The translations under genes were made by a program, and so were the position numbers. A DNA stretch of 64,000 nt. Source: Dicyema japonicum (Eukaryota > Animalia > Dicyemida). The stretch is from assembly GCA_011109175.1 (NCBI GenBank), contig RDEW01000015.1:638310-702309 (forward strand). Direction: 5' to 3'. The notes under the pieces are model-generated. The model saw only the letters and a list, made by a program, of their open reading frames with translations. It was not told where the DNA came from and searched no databases. Positions 29,801 through 42,169 of the stretch are shown piece after piece. How positions within the stretch are numbered: position 1 is the first letter of the stretch; each line of letters begins with the position of its first letter.

Positions 29801-29955
29801 TGGAAAAAGTCACGGCAAGACGAGCAGAAAAGTCCATATTTGCGTGCATTGGCAAAACCGCATGTAGAGCATGTAGTGTCCAGTCTCTCGGGTGTAATGT
29901 GTGTTGATCCATTGTATGAACGACGCTCCATGATGATACAATTATTCACAACAAA
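26881..29955 (-). mobile_element. Full-length CRE-clade non-LTR retrotransposon (PHD finger - RT - CCHC - restriction-like endonuclease)
   Basis: RT motifs RPIAVG, QGDPLGP and WYLDD; zinc knuckle CRCG...HPLSC; RLE KRPDG...WDCT. Poly(A) tail (T run at 26878-26893) and 13-bp TSD AATGAATGAATTT at 26868-26880 and 29956-29968. Three frame breaks, each in a 5-nt homopolymer. Confidence 0.92.
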
Positions 29956-30059
29956 AATGAATGAATTTATTTTAAAGAACTAACTAAAAGCCGGGAAGGA
30001 CGTCTGACTACACTCAAAAACACGATATATGTGAAACCTAGTAGCTACTCCATATAATC

Positions 30060-30330
30060 TTTGACATCATAAGAGTTAACTTCTTTCACTTTAGAGCCTC
30101 TTTTCGATTACCCGCACCCTGTAAAGGTCCTCCCCGTCTCTGAAGCGTCTCGATATTCTTTCAAGTTCTTAGTCAAGGACTGTTGATAGGGCTGTTCTTG
30201 TTCGACCACATAAACGCGGAGCGTCCAGAATAAAGTAGTCTTGCATGTCTACGTTCGCAGTAATTTCCAGTAGTTTTCAGGTCCATATGAAATATATGTC
30301 CAAACAACCTCCATCATGCCTCCAGGAGCT
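30060..30330 (-). mobile_element. RTE-like LINE 3' fragment
   Basis: WRLFGHIFHMD...ANVDMQDYF...GRTRTALSTVL. Confidence 0.7.
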
Positions 30331-30484
30331 GGTACGAAAAATAAATATTATAAAACTAATTTAATTTTATTAATGAAAAATAATAATTTTAAATTAAGAT
30401 AAATTTGAAAATTCTCACGTTGTTTCTAATTTGGTACGTTATCACTTAACACTATATTTATCGCTTTTCAATAAATATTCAGGA

Positions 30485-31052
30485 ATGATTACACCTGAGA
30501 GTATAGCAGTCCAACTATTGGAGTAAAAAGCACTTTCAGAGATACCGAAGTCTTTGTGAACAATAACTCCTACGGCTTTGGGACCTACTATGTCCTCGAT
30601 GAGTAAAATAATTTATCTTCAATATTTAGCGGCTTAATTTGGATCGGCGAGGATTCCCAAGGATTTTCCATTAATTTTAGCCGCATTTCAAGTCTGGGAC
30701 TTGGGGACTCACTCCTGGTGATGATAAACGGCGAAGGTTGAACCCAAATTTATTCCAGAAAATTCCAACGAGGATCAGGATGACACCATTATCCGTTTGA
30801 AGCCTCGTGACATTGGATTTCGTTAGCAAATTTGGAGAATACTTTTTAGTTGACGGAATGTACAACCGCTCTTGGGAATGGCTATCAAAGTTGCCGACTG
30901 ATTCTCAAAGTATTATCCACGTTAAGTTTTTTAGATGGAAATTCCATCTCGGAGGACTATATCGCTGATTTGGACTGTATTTGATTTATTGATTTGTTTC
31001 AGTGGAGGACCTCAACCGAAATTATGATGGTAACATGGACGTGGACGAGTAG
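30485..31052 (+). CDS. CLNS1A: Methylosome subunit pICln, 7 exons, 138 aa (absent from the ORF track)
   Basis: Introns at 30501-30523 (23 nt), 30603-30629 (27), 30737-30758 (22), 30822-30849 (28), 30910-30934 (25) and 30977-31002 (26) give a clean 417-nt ORF. DTEVFVNNNSYGFGTYYVLDDGLIWIGEDSQGFSINFSRIS aligns with human DTEAVLNGKGLGTGTLYIAESRLSWLDGSGLGFSLEYPTIS; acidic linker; C-terminal MDVDE. Confidence 0.85.
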
Positions 31053-31926
31053 AATTGTAATTTTTGTTGATTTTTTGTTTTGTAAAATTTGTTTTAAGTT
31101 TTAAATTTTTATTTGTTAAATTAAAGTCTTCATAACACAAAGGACTAACACCCAGCAACAAAAAAGAAGTGAATAGCATTTCTTGGTTCTCTTCATGGAT
31201 GACTGTTCTTTACTTAAATAAAGTGTGTGTTCTGTCTGGTGGAGCTATAGCTGATATGGCTCTTCGTAAAGTGCAGTATTATTATAACCCAAAATGGCGG
31301 GTCAACCAAGTATTTAACTGCTCGAAGGTTAAGGTGGTGATTTCTATTCCACGAAATCCTAGATTAGGTTCATGATGGATGAGAGCCGTTGTCTTCCATA
31401 TTGTAACGTAAGATCTGGATCACATCTACTCCGAAATTGAAAGAACTCGAAGTATTTCTGTCAGAATCTGAACGTACATGATGATATGGTTAATATGGTC
31501 CTACGTTCATGGGTAAGGTGACTAGGGGGCATCCGAAACCCAAAGTTTCGAACAAAAAAAATATCGGATGGACGTAGGATCTAGATTTCAATCTCGTCTA
31601 ACAAAATGTTAAAAACTCTGCTGATAACCTGTCAGAACTTATAGGATGGTGGTTAATCTCTCTTCGCAAAACGTCAATCAGTGATGTAATTCCTTTTCTG
31701 CGCAATTTTTGTTGAGACAACTAAAAGCATAAGCAGAACTATTTTCTCAAGAGACTGGGACGCTGGCAATAATCAGAAGCTATGACGTACGTGAAACCCA
31801 GTATCGTTGATATCCGTTGTTATCTGTCCAATTGATATAAAGGTTTTAATATAATTATCTTTGATTAATGTACGTCGAATTCCGTATAAGACAAATAAGT
31901 TATATTTGACTATGCAACTTCCATTT

Positions 31927-34900
31927 GACTGTGCAACTTTTTTGATGAAAAAATGACGTGCCTCGTTTCTTCTCTGTACAACGGTTAAGAAAAATGTCTG
32001 AAAAACACTCATTATACGATCGAGAACTCAGGCTAATGACGTTCAACGTACTTGGAATATCGAAAGATTGGACAAGGAAAGTACTTTGTGACGATCTCGA
32101 TAAATACAAATTATCTATTGGCTGCCTACAAGAGACGAAAATCGAAAATGGACGCGATGAGACATGGAACAACTACCGACTGATTCTCTTTCCAACTGAA
32201 TGCAAATGAGATTTGCCCTACACGAAGATTACCTCAAAAAATTACATCTCTATTGGAGAGTCAACGACCGAATATGTGTCATACAAGTCAAACTAAATAA
32301 ACTATGCCCGTCCAAGAGTCTATTAACTGTCATAAATGTCTAGGCACCACACTGTGGACGAGTAATCAAGAACCCCGTGAGCTCGAGGAATTCTACTCAG
32401 AACTATCAAACACATATTCGAATAATGGGTCCTCGTCCCTTGTCTTTGTTGCGGGAGATATGAATGCAAAAGCCGGAATGCGAATGGGGCCCGAAAAATC
32501 CTCTATTGGAAGACACGGGCGCGGAAGGAGAAATGCATCTGGAGCCTCTCTGGTGAACTTCTGCGAGGCAAATAGCCTTTTCCTGTGCAACACGGCCTTC
32601 ACGCACTCAGCTTGCCACAAGACGACGTGGCACGGACAAAGAAAAAACTCTGTCGGGGAGACCGTGAATATATACAATCAAATCGACTACATTATCTGCC
32701 GAAAGTCTGATAAACACCTGCTAAATGATGCACGTTCCTACCAGGGGACAACAACTGACAGCGACCACAGGATCGTCATTGCAAAACTTTGTGTAAAAAA
32801 GCACCTGACTGGGAAAAAATACATTGAAAACGCGAAGAAGGCGAGACAAAGACCCAATATATACTTTCAGACAGAAAAATTGTGGTTAGAGCCAACTTGT
32901 AGAGCTAAATATCACGAACAAATCGAGACTCTTATGGTGAAAACCGCACCGGAATCATCAGTACGAACTTTGTGGGATCAAACAAAACAGGCAATCTCCA
33001 AGTCGGCCAAAATATGCCTTGGAGTCCGAAATCATCACGCCCTAAAATTAGATCACCACCCGAACGTGCCAAATATGGCACAGCATTGCAGAGAGCTACG
33101 ACTAAAAGCGGCAAACACGTCAGACGAGAGTAAAAAAAAGAGCTTAATATCCAACAAAGGGAACTAAAGTGGAAAATCAAAAAGATGAACAGAAAACATC
33201 ACGTGAAATTATTACATCCCTATTAAAAGATGTGGAATGCCTAAAAGACAATTCAAGGATGTATGCGGCTTTGCGGCTGCTGCGGACAAAGAAAGGACAA
33301 AACACCCTTCACATCAAAGACAAAGATGGAAAATTCGTGGGTAACCCGGAAGAAAAAGCAGAATTGATTGCACGACACTTCGAAACACTGTTGAATAAAG
33401 AAAATAAGGACTTTCCCCCTTTCCAGGGAGAAGCAAAGGCGCTAAAAATCCCAATCACAGTGGAAGAGGTGGAATTAGCGCTAAAGAAACTGAAGAACAA
33501 TAAGAGTGCCGGGCCGGACAACATAAGCCCTGAGCTCATAAAATATGGGCCAAAAAGACTTACCGACACAATTGCAAAAACCCTAAATGACATCTTTGAA
33601 ACTAATACTGATCTAGGACTTGGAAATGGACTATTAATACCCATACAAAAACCGAACAAATCAAAAGGACCAGTAGAAAATCTCCGCCCGATAATACTTC
33701 TGAACTCGATACGCAAGGTGCTGGCAAACATTGCACTAAGCCGGATAAAAGGTGTGGCGGACCTATATCTACCAGCAAGTCAAAGTGGGTTCCGAGAAGG
33801 GAGGTCTACGGCAGACCTTGTATGGAGCCACAGATGGCGCTGCGCAACGCAAAAAGAGCGCAACAACCGTGTTGGGAATAGATCTCTCATGAGCTTTCGA
33901 CTCAATAAACAGACAGAAAATGATGAATGTGCTAGAGCAAATATTGGATGAATCGTCGGTTAGGATAATCAGACTACTACTTGCGAACACAAGACTATCT
34001 GTGAGGACAGAAGGAGCAACTTCCTGCAGTTTCAAAACAACGATTAGGACACCCCAGGGTGATTCCCTCTTTCCTTTACTATTTACCATATACCTTGAAT
34101 CTGCACTCCGCGACCTCCGTAAGTGCTATATAGGAGACATAGAAGAGACATCCTATGCGGATGATGTGGATTTCTTATCACGGGACGTGACCGCACTCCA
34201 ACACCTACTAAAAAATGCATCTGCGGAGCTTGAGAAATGGTTTCTCAGCGTAAATATAAACAAAACTGAAATTACTGAAATCAAAAAAGAAGACTATATT
34301 ACTCATGAAAGATGGAGACGTACTAATAAGCTCGGCTCTCTACTAGGAGACGTTGAAAATGTACTAAGGAAGAAAACACTGGCAAATGCGGCAATGGCTA
34401 GACTGAAGAAAGGATGGCTAAGAGCCAAATGACTTGGAATTGACATCAGATGCAGGCTTTACAACACGTTTGTGAAACCGATCCTACTGTACAACGCTGG
34501 GACATGGGGAAGTTCTTTTAACGAACTATTAAAACTGGATTCGTTCCATAGAAGGCAACTAAGAAGCTTACTTGGAATGGAGTGGCCACGTAGAATATCA
34601 ACCACTGGTATCTACAACAAGTGTATGTGTTCTTACATCAGAACAAATGTGATAGATGCCCGATGGAGGCTATTTGGGCATGTACTAAGAATGAAGGAAG
34701 AATCGTAAAACACAGATTGGCTTTCTTTGGGCATATTGTCCGCTCTGATTCACTGGAAAGAACCATTATGCTGAGCAATATTACTAGGAAGAGAAGACCT
34801 GGCCGACCAAAGACTCGGTGGCTATCTACGGTGAAAGACGTCACGGGAATGCCTATATCAAGGCTACTCCAAATTGCAACGGATCGGGGAGAGTGGAGGA

Positions 34901-35247
34901 AACTCGTTCATGAGATCTCCAAGGGTCGGACACGACTTAATTGGACAACATAACATAACTAAGAATGAACCCGGACGCACCCGCTAACAAAGCGATGGAA
35001 GATTACTTTGATAGTTGCGACAAACCATTCCGCGGACGACCTAGATCGACACTTCCGACTGCTTTAAACAAAGACCTAAATCGTGTGAGAAAAAAATCTA
35101 AAGACGGGAGACGACATGGACGAATTGAGATCACTCGCATTCGACAGAGGAAGATGGAAAAGACTAACTATAAATATTGTTTCTTTGAGTGTTGCACATG
35201 CGGGGCTATAATCATTAAGGCTTTCGTGAAAGTGCCATAATAATAAT
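31927..35247 (+). mobile_element. Full-length but mutated RTE-like LINE (APE + RT)
   Basis: APE motifs TFNV, CLQETK, GDMNAK, NQIDY and DSDH; RT motifs RPIILL, QGDSLFP and YADD. (TAA)n tail at 35238-35249 and 11-bp TSD AACTTCCATTT at 31916-31926 and 35248-35258. Several frameshifts and stops. Confidence 0.9.
34696..34957 (+). mobile_element. 5'-truncated RTE of a different family nested in the host RTE
   Basis: 12-bp TSD ACTAAGAATGAA at 34684-34695 and 34958-34969; (ACATA)n tail; encodes RLAFFGHIVR...GRPKTRW. Excision restores host VLRMNPDAPAN. Confidence 0.9.
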
Positions 35248-35342
35248 AACTTCCATTTATTTAGGATGAAGATCCACCGTAGTTGAATAATTTCGAATAT
35301 AAGCCTTAAAATTTAGAAACTAAAAAAAAGAGAGTAAACAAT

Positions 35343-35429
35343 TATATAGAGGCTGCCCTGACTGCGTGGCTATTCCTTTTCAAAATAGCGAGCGATATTC
35401 GCTCAAATAACCAGCAGCGCTCACGAGGG
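35343..35429 (-). mobile_element. CRE-like extreme 3' fragment
   Basis: Matches 9272-9340 and the 3' end of the 35985 element. Confidence 0.65.
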
Positions 35430-35984
35430 CTTCCTGTTTGTTTAGCGATCTGATTCCCTAGACGACTTAAGAATTCAAGCGTCGCAGGCGCAAGGTAATT
35501 TTAATATATCCTCAATTCAAACTAAAGGTATCATGTAGTCTTTGGCAAATTAAATGGTTCAGAACTGATTAAAACGCTACTATCAAAGTAGTGAAGCTTA
35601 CAGTACCTCAAAACAGGTACTGAAGCTGTGGGTGTCTCTCACAAAACTTAGTATCTCTGAAAGTGTTTTTACTCCAATAGTTTCGACTGCAATTCTTTCA
35701 GGAGTAGCCATTCTTAAATATTTATCAAAAATTGATTTGCGAGACCGACATGGCGTAGGCTCAAATACATCCAGAGAGGGAGGCCTCAGCGGGAGTGAGT
35801 GAAAAAATTAAAATTATCTTGATGTTGGAAAAAATCCACTTTGATGCGAAGTTAAATGAAGAACATGAAAAATTATTGAGACGAGAGAATATGGAAGAGA
35901 AAATAGCGGATTTCCATATGAAAGGCGGTGATTTGCCTTTGTCGGGCGAGAACACAAAGGAAAGATTTTTTTAATAATAAAAAA

Positions 35985-37340
35985 GTTAGTTAGTTGCCGC
36001 CCTCACTGTGTGGCTGTTCCCTCTCAGAATTGCGAGCGAAATTCGCTCAAATAGCCAGCGGCGTTAACGGAGATCTCCAGTGCATGAGGTGATCCTGTTT
36101 CCAAGACGTCCGAAAATCTCTAGTGTAGAGGGGGAGTAGGATTCGGAAGTCTCCATAGCAAGGGGAACAAATTTGACATTAATGGGAAGGTCGACGTATT
36201 TCTCGAGTTTGGCCTTCTCCGCCTTGACGGCTGCAGAGCAGGCCTTTGAAGCGCAATCGTGAAGATTGTTCGGGGCGAACGTGTCTGTACATGTCACATC
36301 CTAAACAAGTGGTTTCCCGGCCTCAAAGGGAAATATGGTCATCCCGTTCGGTCATTTCCCGTCACTTCTGCATAACCCGACCGGTTCAAGAATGGCCGAG
36401 TATCCAGCAGCATCCATAGCCCGCTTGACAATCTCATTCAGACCTTTGTGCCTTGGAGATCTGCCAGCGCTCCTCTTGCAGGCGAGAGGGTGCAGGCCAT
36501 AGCAGTCTATCAGGATGCCACATCGGCACGGGTGAGGTACACATACTTTCAGTCCCAGCCGCAGAGAGATACCACTTCTAACGCATTCATTATCCAGAAA
36601 AATACCCGAGCTCCATTTGGGATGGCGTTTAGCCAAGCTCCGCTCTCAGGGGAAGCCCCCGAAAGCAAACAAGCGCGTCGGTGCTGATTGGCTGATTCCA
36701 ATACGAGTCCAAATGATTTCCAACATAATAAATTGTCCAGGTTTCGCTGGCAGTTTTGTGAATGAGGCAGGGGGAGGTTGGTGGCATTCCAGGCTTCTCG
36801 TGCGTGGATTATGTCTTGGTCAATTGAGAATTAGGGTAGGGAGTGTAGAATCCTCCTGACCAAAGGTACGCAGGCCGTGAGTGAAGACAGATGTGCAGGA
36901 AGTGAGACTTCCAAAGTACGACAGATACCAAGACCCCGAAATCTAACTGGGAATGTAGCTTGCTTCCATGTGACCGTCGAATTTGACATTAAATATTTGC
37001 TCCGTCGAGCTGAGGAAAGACAAATCAAAAGGCTCAAGCTGCTCTAGTTGGGAATAGTACGGGGCTGTCCTGAGTAAATAGGCGATTCTCTGAATTTAAA
37101 GACTTCTTTTCATGAGGAATAGTACTGAGTGTGAGTCAAGTAGCTGTAATCTGTCCAGCGATTCGCATAGGAGTTGTTTTTTGTCAAGGAGGACATGCTT
37201 CATCGCATTCCTAGTGATGGGGGATCCAAGAAAAATCAATTCGTTTTCAGGGGTCGAAATCCCACCAGGAAACAAGGAGTAAAATTTTGGAACAATTGAA
37301 GAGAAGTTATCGTCAGCAAAATTAATTAATTCCAAGTGAG
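35985..37340 (-). mobile_element. 5'-truncated, degenerate CRE-like element (RT thumb + RLE)
   Basis: FLGSPI, WKQATFPVRFRGLGI, CRCG...HPLACKRSAGR, EPVGLCRSDGK, DVTCTDT, KYVDLP. Confidence 0.85.
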
Positions 37341-37424
37341 TTCTAGGAGTGACCGGTATTTAATGACCGCTAATCTCCTGTAAGTTAGTGAGGCCGGGGT
37401 TACTTAACAAAGGAACCATCAGAC

Positions 37425-38095
37425 TTATTTTACGAGAAAATTAAAAGACCACATAATCCTTCGGTGCTTCTATTATTTTAAACAGTTGGTCTCCAATTAT
37501 ATTTTATTAATGTCATCTTCACAGCTTCCAAATAAATTTTGCGGAAAAATCTCTTAGTTTTTTAAATTTATGAGACCGTGCGAGAATAGAAATTAAGTGA
37601 TAAAAATAGAGGATTTCCGAAGTAAACGAAATCGACGACTGTGACAAATGTTGAAGTGCTTTAATACCAAAAATAATACTTATTTTGATGGCCTTCAAGT
37701 CAACATTCTTTTATTGCCGAAAGTTCACAAGTAAAAAGTTAACAGAGTGGTTAATTGAGGTAGTAAGTTGAGTTGGTGAAGCACCTCTATTGTAATAAAT
37801 GTCAATTTGCCTCATTATGGATGAAAAGCTTACCTACCATCTTCTGTGGTCACGAAGGAGGTAATGGACTCGGAAGACATCGGAGACTCGAAGTTCTGAC
37901 CAAAGGACGGGTTAGAATCCCGTCCAACCCACGGCTTCCGTTTCAGAAAAAAAGGTGAAGTAGGTCCACTCTCTTCCATTTCCATCACTCGTCATACCGT
38001 GTTGGACATCACTTCATTCACTAGTGGAAGAGTTTTCACTAGTGGAAGACTCACTAGTGGAAGACTCCTCACCAGTGGAGTTGGTCAAGGAGAAA
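37425..38095 (-). pseudogene. Copy B of the unidentified dispersed family
   Basis: Long reverse-complement match to 20220-20830; contains a local expansion of CACTAGTGGAAGA units (ESSTS repeats) at about 38025-38075. Confidence 0.55.
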
Positions 38096-38504
38096 TGTTG
38101 TTATTTAGTGTTAATTAGATATAATTTTCAAATTGATTTGAACGTCAACTTGAATTATATTCTGCTTCTCACAATAATTGAATTAGTCATTTGTGAATAA
38201 AACACAAATATTCGTCAATACTAAATGCTAGCTATATTAGTAGCAAATATACTCGGACTATCTTACGTTACCACAAATCCTGAGGTGACCATGACTTACA
38301 ACGAGTCCTACGATAATAACGGAGTCCACAACTTATGATCTATTGCCAAGCAAATGAAGAGCATACACAATCAGTGAGATTATTATACAGCATTTGAGTC
38401 AAATTCTTTGGTTCCCTCAAAATGACGACGAACAACAAAATTGTCGCAATTTTTAGAAAATTATCTGGGATTTATTCCATTTTAGACAAAAAATAATTTA
38501 ATTC

Positions 38505-38700
38505 AGCGATTTACTCCTGTTGCGACCGAATCATCGGAGCCGTTGGTCCAATGACGGCTGAGATCTTGCGCGGAACTCGGAGGATTGCTTGCCAGAAAGA
38601 AAAGAGATCAACGAGAAGGGTTATGGCTAAGACAAAAGATTGGAATAGCCATACTCCGAGGGAACTCGGTTCGCAATCCACGCAGCAGGCTTCCTCAACT
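38505..38700 (+). mobile_element. CRE-like 3' fragment; a shorter copy of its end lies at 46540-46610
   Basis: RFTPVATESS...ELGGLLARKKRDQREGLWLRQKIGIAILRGNS. Confidence 0.75.
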
Positions 38701-39338
38701 GACAATGTTTAATTATTAAAAAAATTTTTTGTTAAAAAAAAAATTGAAAACTTGTATTGATTATTTTTTTTTAATTTTTAAATAAAATAAAAGTAAATTT
38801 TATGGGAATAAAATATTCTTGGAATTATACAGATTTTTTGCCAAAAGACAGAAGTTGGACAAAAAGTATACATGGACGTCATGTCCACCCATGCCATACG
38901 GATCCTCGAAAACAATAAGATACTGGAACGTAGACTTCCTGAGAGGCGTTTCAGAAACTGCTGCTCCAGAAGGCCATCAGAGTAAGCATCATCCATTTCT
39001 GGTTGGAAAAGTAAAGGTGATTGAAACGAAGCGGAAACGATCTCCGAGGGCTGAGTATTTTTCAGTTTTTTACATTCGACAGAACCTGCATTTGGGGAGT
39101 CAGAATAAGCAGATAATGTTTTTTGTGAAGAAGTGAATCCGTTGACGCATGTCACACTTCACACACGAGATCTTCCATGTAAAATTTTAAAAATTATCAT
39201 CCCACAGGTCTCATCTCTGCTGTCAAGGGGGCTCTATCAAAGACGGGTCTTTTGCAGATTTAAGTTTTCTTCCAATTCCATTAAGATCCTTGTTAGAGCC
39301 ACATGGAGGGTGACGCCTCTGAACGATGGTTTGTTCTC

Positions 39339-39687
39339 ATTATTATTATTACCCCCAGGATCACTGGATAAAGAGAAAGAAAGAGTTCTCATTGTTAAAG
39401 TAATTGTCCATTGTTATATTTGCAAGGGCGTTTATGTCCATTCTAAGCACGTGCCCAAGCAGTCTCCATCTTGATTCAATAATGTCGATGCTTATTGACT
39501 TCGATTGTGCCACAGAGTATAATTTTCAACCTATGCCCATTAAATTGCGTAATTGTTTTCGATGAAATATATCCATTTTCTTGAGCTCTAGCTCTGTGAC
39601 CCCCATGTACCCGAGTTGCACATAAGCACCGGCTTTATATATGCGTTGCATAGTCTTATTCTTAGATTAGTTTTTATTAGTTTTCGT
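39339..39687 (-). mobile_element. RTE-like LINE 3' part with (TAA)n tail
   Basis: RIRLCNAYIKPVLMCNSGTWG...FHRKQLR...RWRLLGHVLRMD; tail at 39339-39350; the 3' UTR is shared with the 60331 insert. Confidence 0.8.
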
Positions 39688-41400
39688 CAGGGCTGTGGAG
39701 TCGGTAAAATATAGCACGACTCCGATTCCTCAAATATATTTCTTTAACTCCTCGACTCCGGTTATTATATAAAAAATTCAGACGTTGTAAGAATAACAGA
39801 AAAAAGAAAAAAAACATTTAGAAATGATAATTTAACTATTATTTTTTAGAAATAATATAACTTCGACCAGGTCTTCCTTCATAGAAGGTCGAAGGTCTGA
39901 TTTGATAAATTGTAGTCCAGAAAACAGCCTTTCTACGCTGACTTGTGTATGAGGTAGAACAAAGATATCATAGCTGATTTTTTGATAGCTTCAGGGTAAT
40001 ACTCAAAAAGATCATGAAGTGGTATTTGACAAGAACGATCGTATTGAAGTATCACATCAGCCGCGGAATCGAATTTTTGTTTTAAAAGTTGCAATTTTGG
40101 ATTCAAAGGTCTTAGGTGGTTTTAATTCGTTTTGCACTTTCAATTTTGTTCAAATATTTTTCGAAATCTTCATTCGACGATGAGGAACTGAGTTCAATTT
40201 GAATGTCAATATTATATGAATATGTATCCTTACATTCTTCTATGTTTTGTGACTCCAGTCTCTTGATTTTTAGTTCAAGGTCAAATAATCCATTTTCGCT
40301 CTATTTACCTGTTCATCCGTTAAGAGCACTCGGTTCCTTGGATCAACATAGACAGAAGCTAACAGGGTGTCATTGATTAGCAATTGAGCTTCCCTTTTTT
40401 TCCATTGAAGTTGTATTTACTTTGGAATTGAGCTTCCCTTTTTTCCTCCTCTTTTGGAAATATATATTGAATTTTTCCATTCCCATAGAAATGATCCACC
40501 TGTAACCGTTTTGTAGTTTGGAAAAAAGGATATAAAACAAGTTCTTCCCATTGCTTTTCAGTTGGTGAAATGTTTTGGTTGCCAACATCCCCAATAAAAG
40601 ACTTTAATTCAATTAATCGACGAATCATAAGTATGTGCTTTCCCAGCGTGTTTCCTGATCAAGTATAGCACCTTTCCCCGCTCTTCGTTCTAGAAGATTA
40701 TCAATCTTGGATGTACGTGCTGATGCAGATATTTGTCGTATATATTGATTATTCCTGCAATATAAGGATCTTTTATGCCATCTCTTATAGCCAATTGTTA
40801 GTTTGTGTACTACACATCCCATGTGCTGGATTTGGCACAACATTGATGCATTTTCAGTGATGTTATCTAATAAATCATCAGAATCATGATTTTCTTCAAC
40901 ATCTCTCTGAGTTGTATTATTTATCTTGGCAATTAATTTTTTCATGTTCGCAGTATTGTCGATAACTATGCACAAAATCTGTTCCTTCTTAATTTCAAAG
41001 TCTTCAAGAACCAATTTTTCAGATGATTACCGTCATGGTGAGCTGCAGTGTCTTTTAATGATAATGTCCTCGTAGCAACCTGGCCATTCTGAGAATAGAA
41101 TCGAATTGCGAAATAATTTACTCGGTGTCGTGTAGTACATTCCATTTTAATATGTAATAACTTTCTAACGAGGAGAGTTTTCAAATAGTTTTTTCTCTTT
41201 ATGGCTTCGTCAATAACGAGATTTCGTATACTTTGTCTCTCTAGTGAAATGCCTAACTTCTTGGCTATTTCTCCATTAAGTCCAAGAAATCCTGGTTGAG
41301 AAAAAAAGTGAGAGGTACACAATTCACAGAAACAAGTTCAATGAGATGCATTTAAAATTTTCAGCATCCATGAGTAATTTTATCAGATTGAAAAAACTTA
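39688..41400 (-). mobile_element. Degenerate hAT DNA transposon
   Basis: Transposase motifs VIDNTANM, CVVH, ETRWESTYLMIRRL and dimerisation TQVSVERLFSGL. Terminal-like CAGGGCTGTGGAGTCGG at 39688 with repeated GACTCC subterminal motifs. The other terminus was not found. Confidence 0.8.
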
Positions 41401-42169
41401 TTTATTACTGGCTGACTTCGAGATGTAGTATTTTCTAAGGGCACGTCAAAGGAAAACTAATCACAAGAATAACTCTGTATGTTGAGAAATCCGTTATATC
41501 AAAGTTAGAAGTTAACTTGGAAATAATTATTTCACGGTAATCAGTCAAAGCCAACATGAAGGTTCGCTTTCGGTCGTTGAGTCGTCCAAAACAGAACAGA
41601 AAATGAAGTTCGTGAGTTGGAACTGTGGAAAGCTTTAAGAGCCTGATTTCAGAATTTACGGTACTTCCTCTCCTATGTAGAATTCAGCGTCTCCCAGTGT
41701 TTCTTTAACTTCTACGGCTTCTTTATTGTTCTTGGCCTACAGTAATGTAAGAAACTACGCTCTTTTCTGTGTACTTCATATTAGTGATGATTTGCGGAAC
41801 CGGATTTTCTTCTGGGATTCACTCACAAAAAAAGAAAAAAACAAGAAGTCAAGAACTTTTTCATGACTGTTCTTAATTCTTAAATAAAGTGAGTTCTGCC
41901 TAGGATGAGGTTTAATAATGGAAACATTACTATTCCTTGGCGGCGGTGCTTTTTTGTCTTAAATTTTATAACTAAATTTTTGCCTTGTTTTAGTCATAAA
42001 CCGTGGTTATTAAATTATTTATTCACTAGCTTCGCTCACAGTGTGCTAATTCCTGTGGAGGGCCTGTGCTGCGCAGTTCGCTTCACATATTGATCTGATG
42101 CCAAAAATATCATTTTTATCCCAGTTTATTATTATTAGCAATGTCCCCGGAACCAGAATAGTAACTAAT

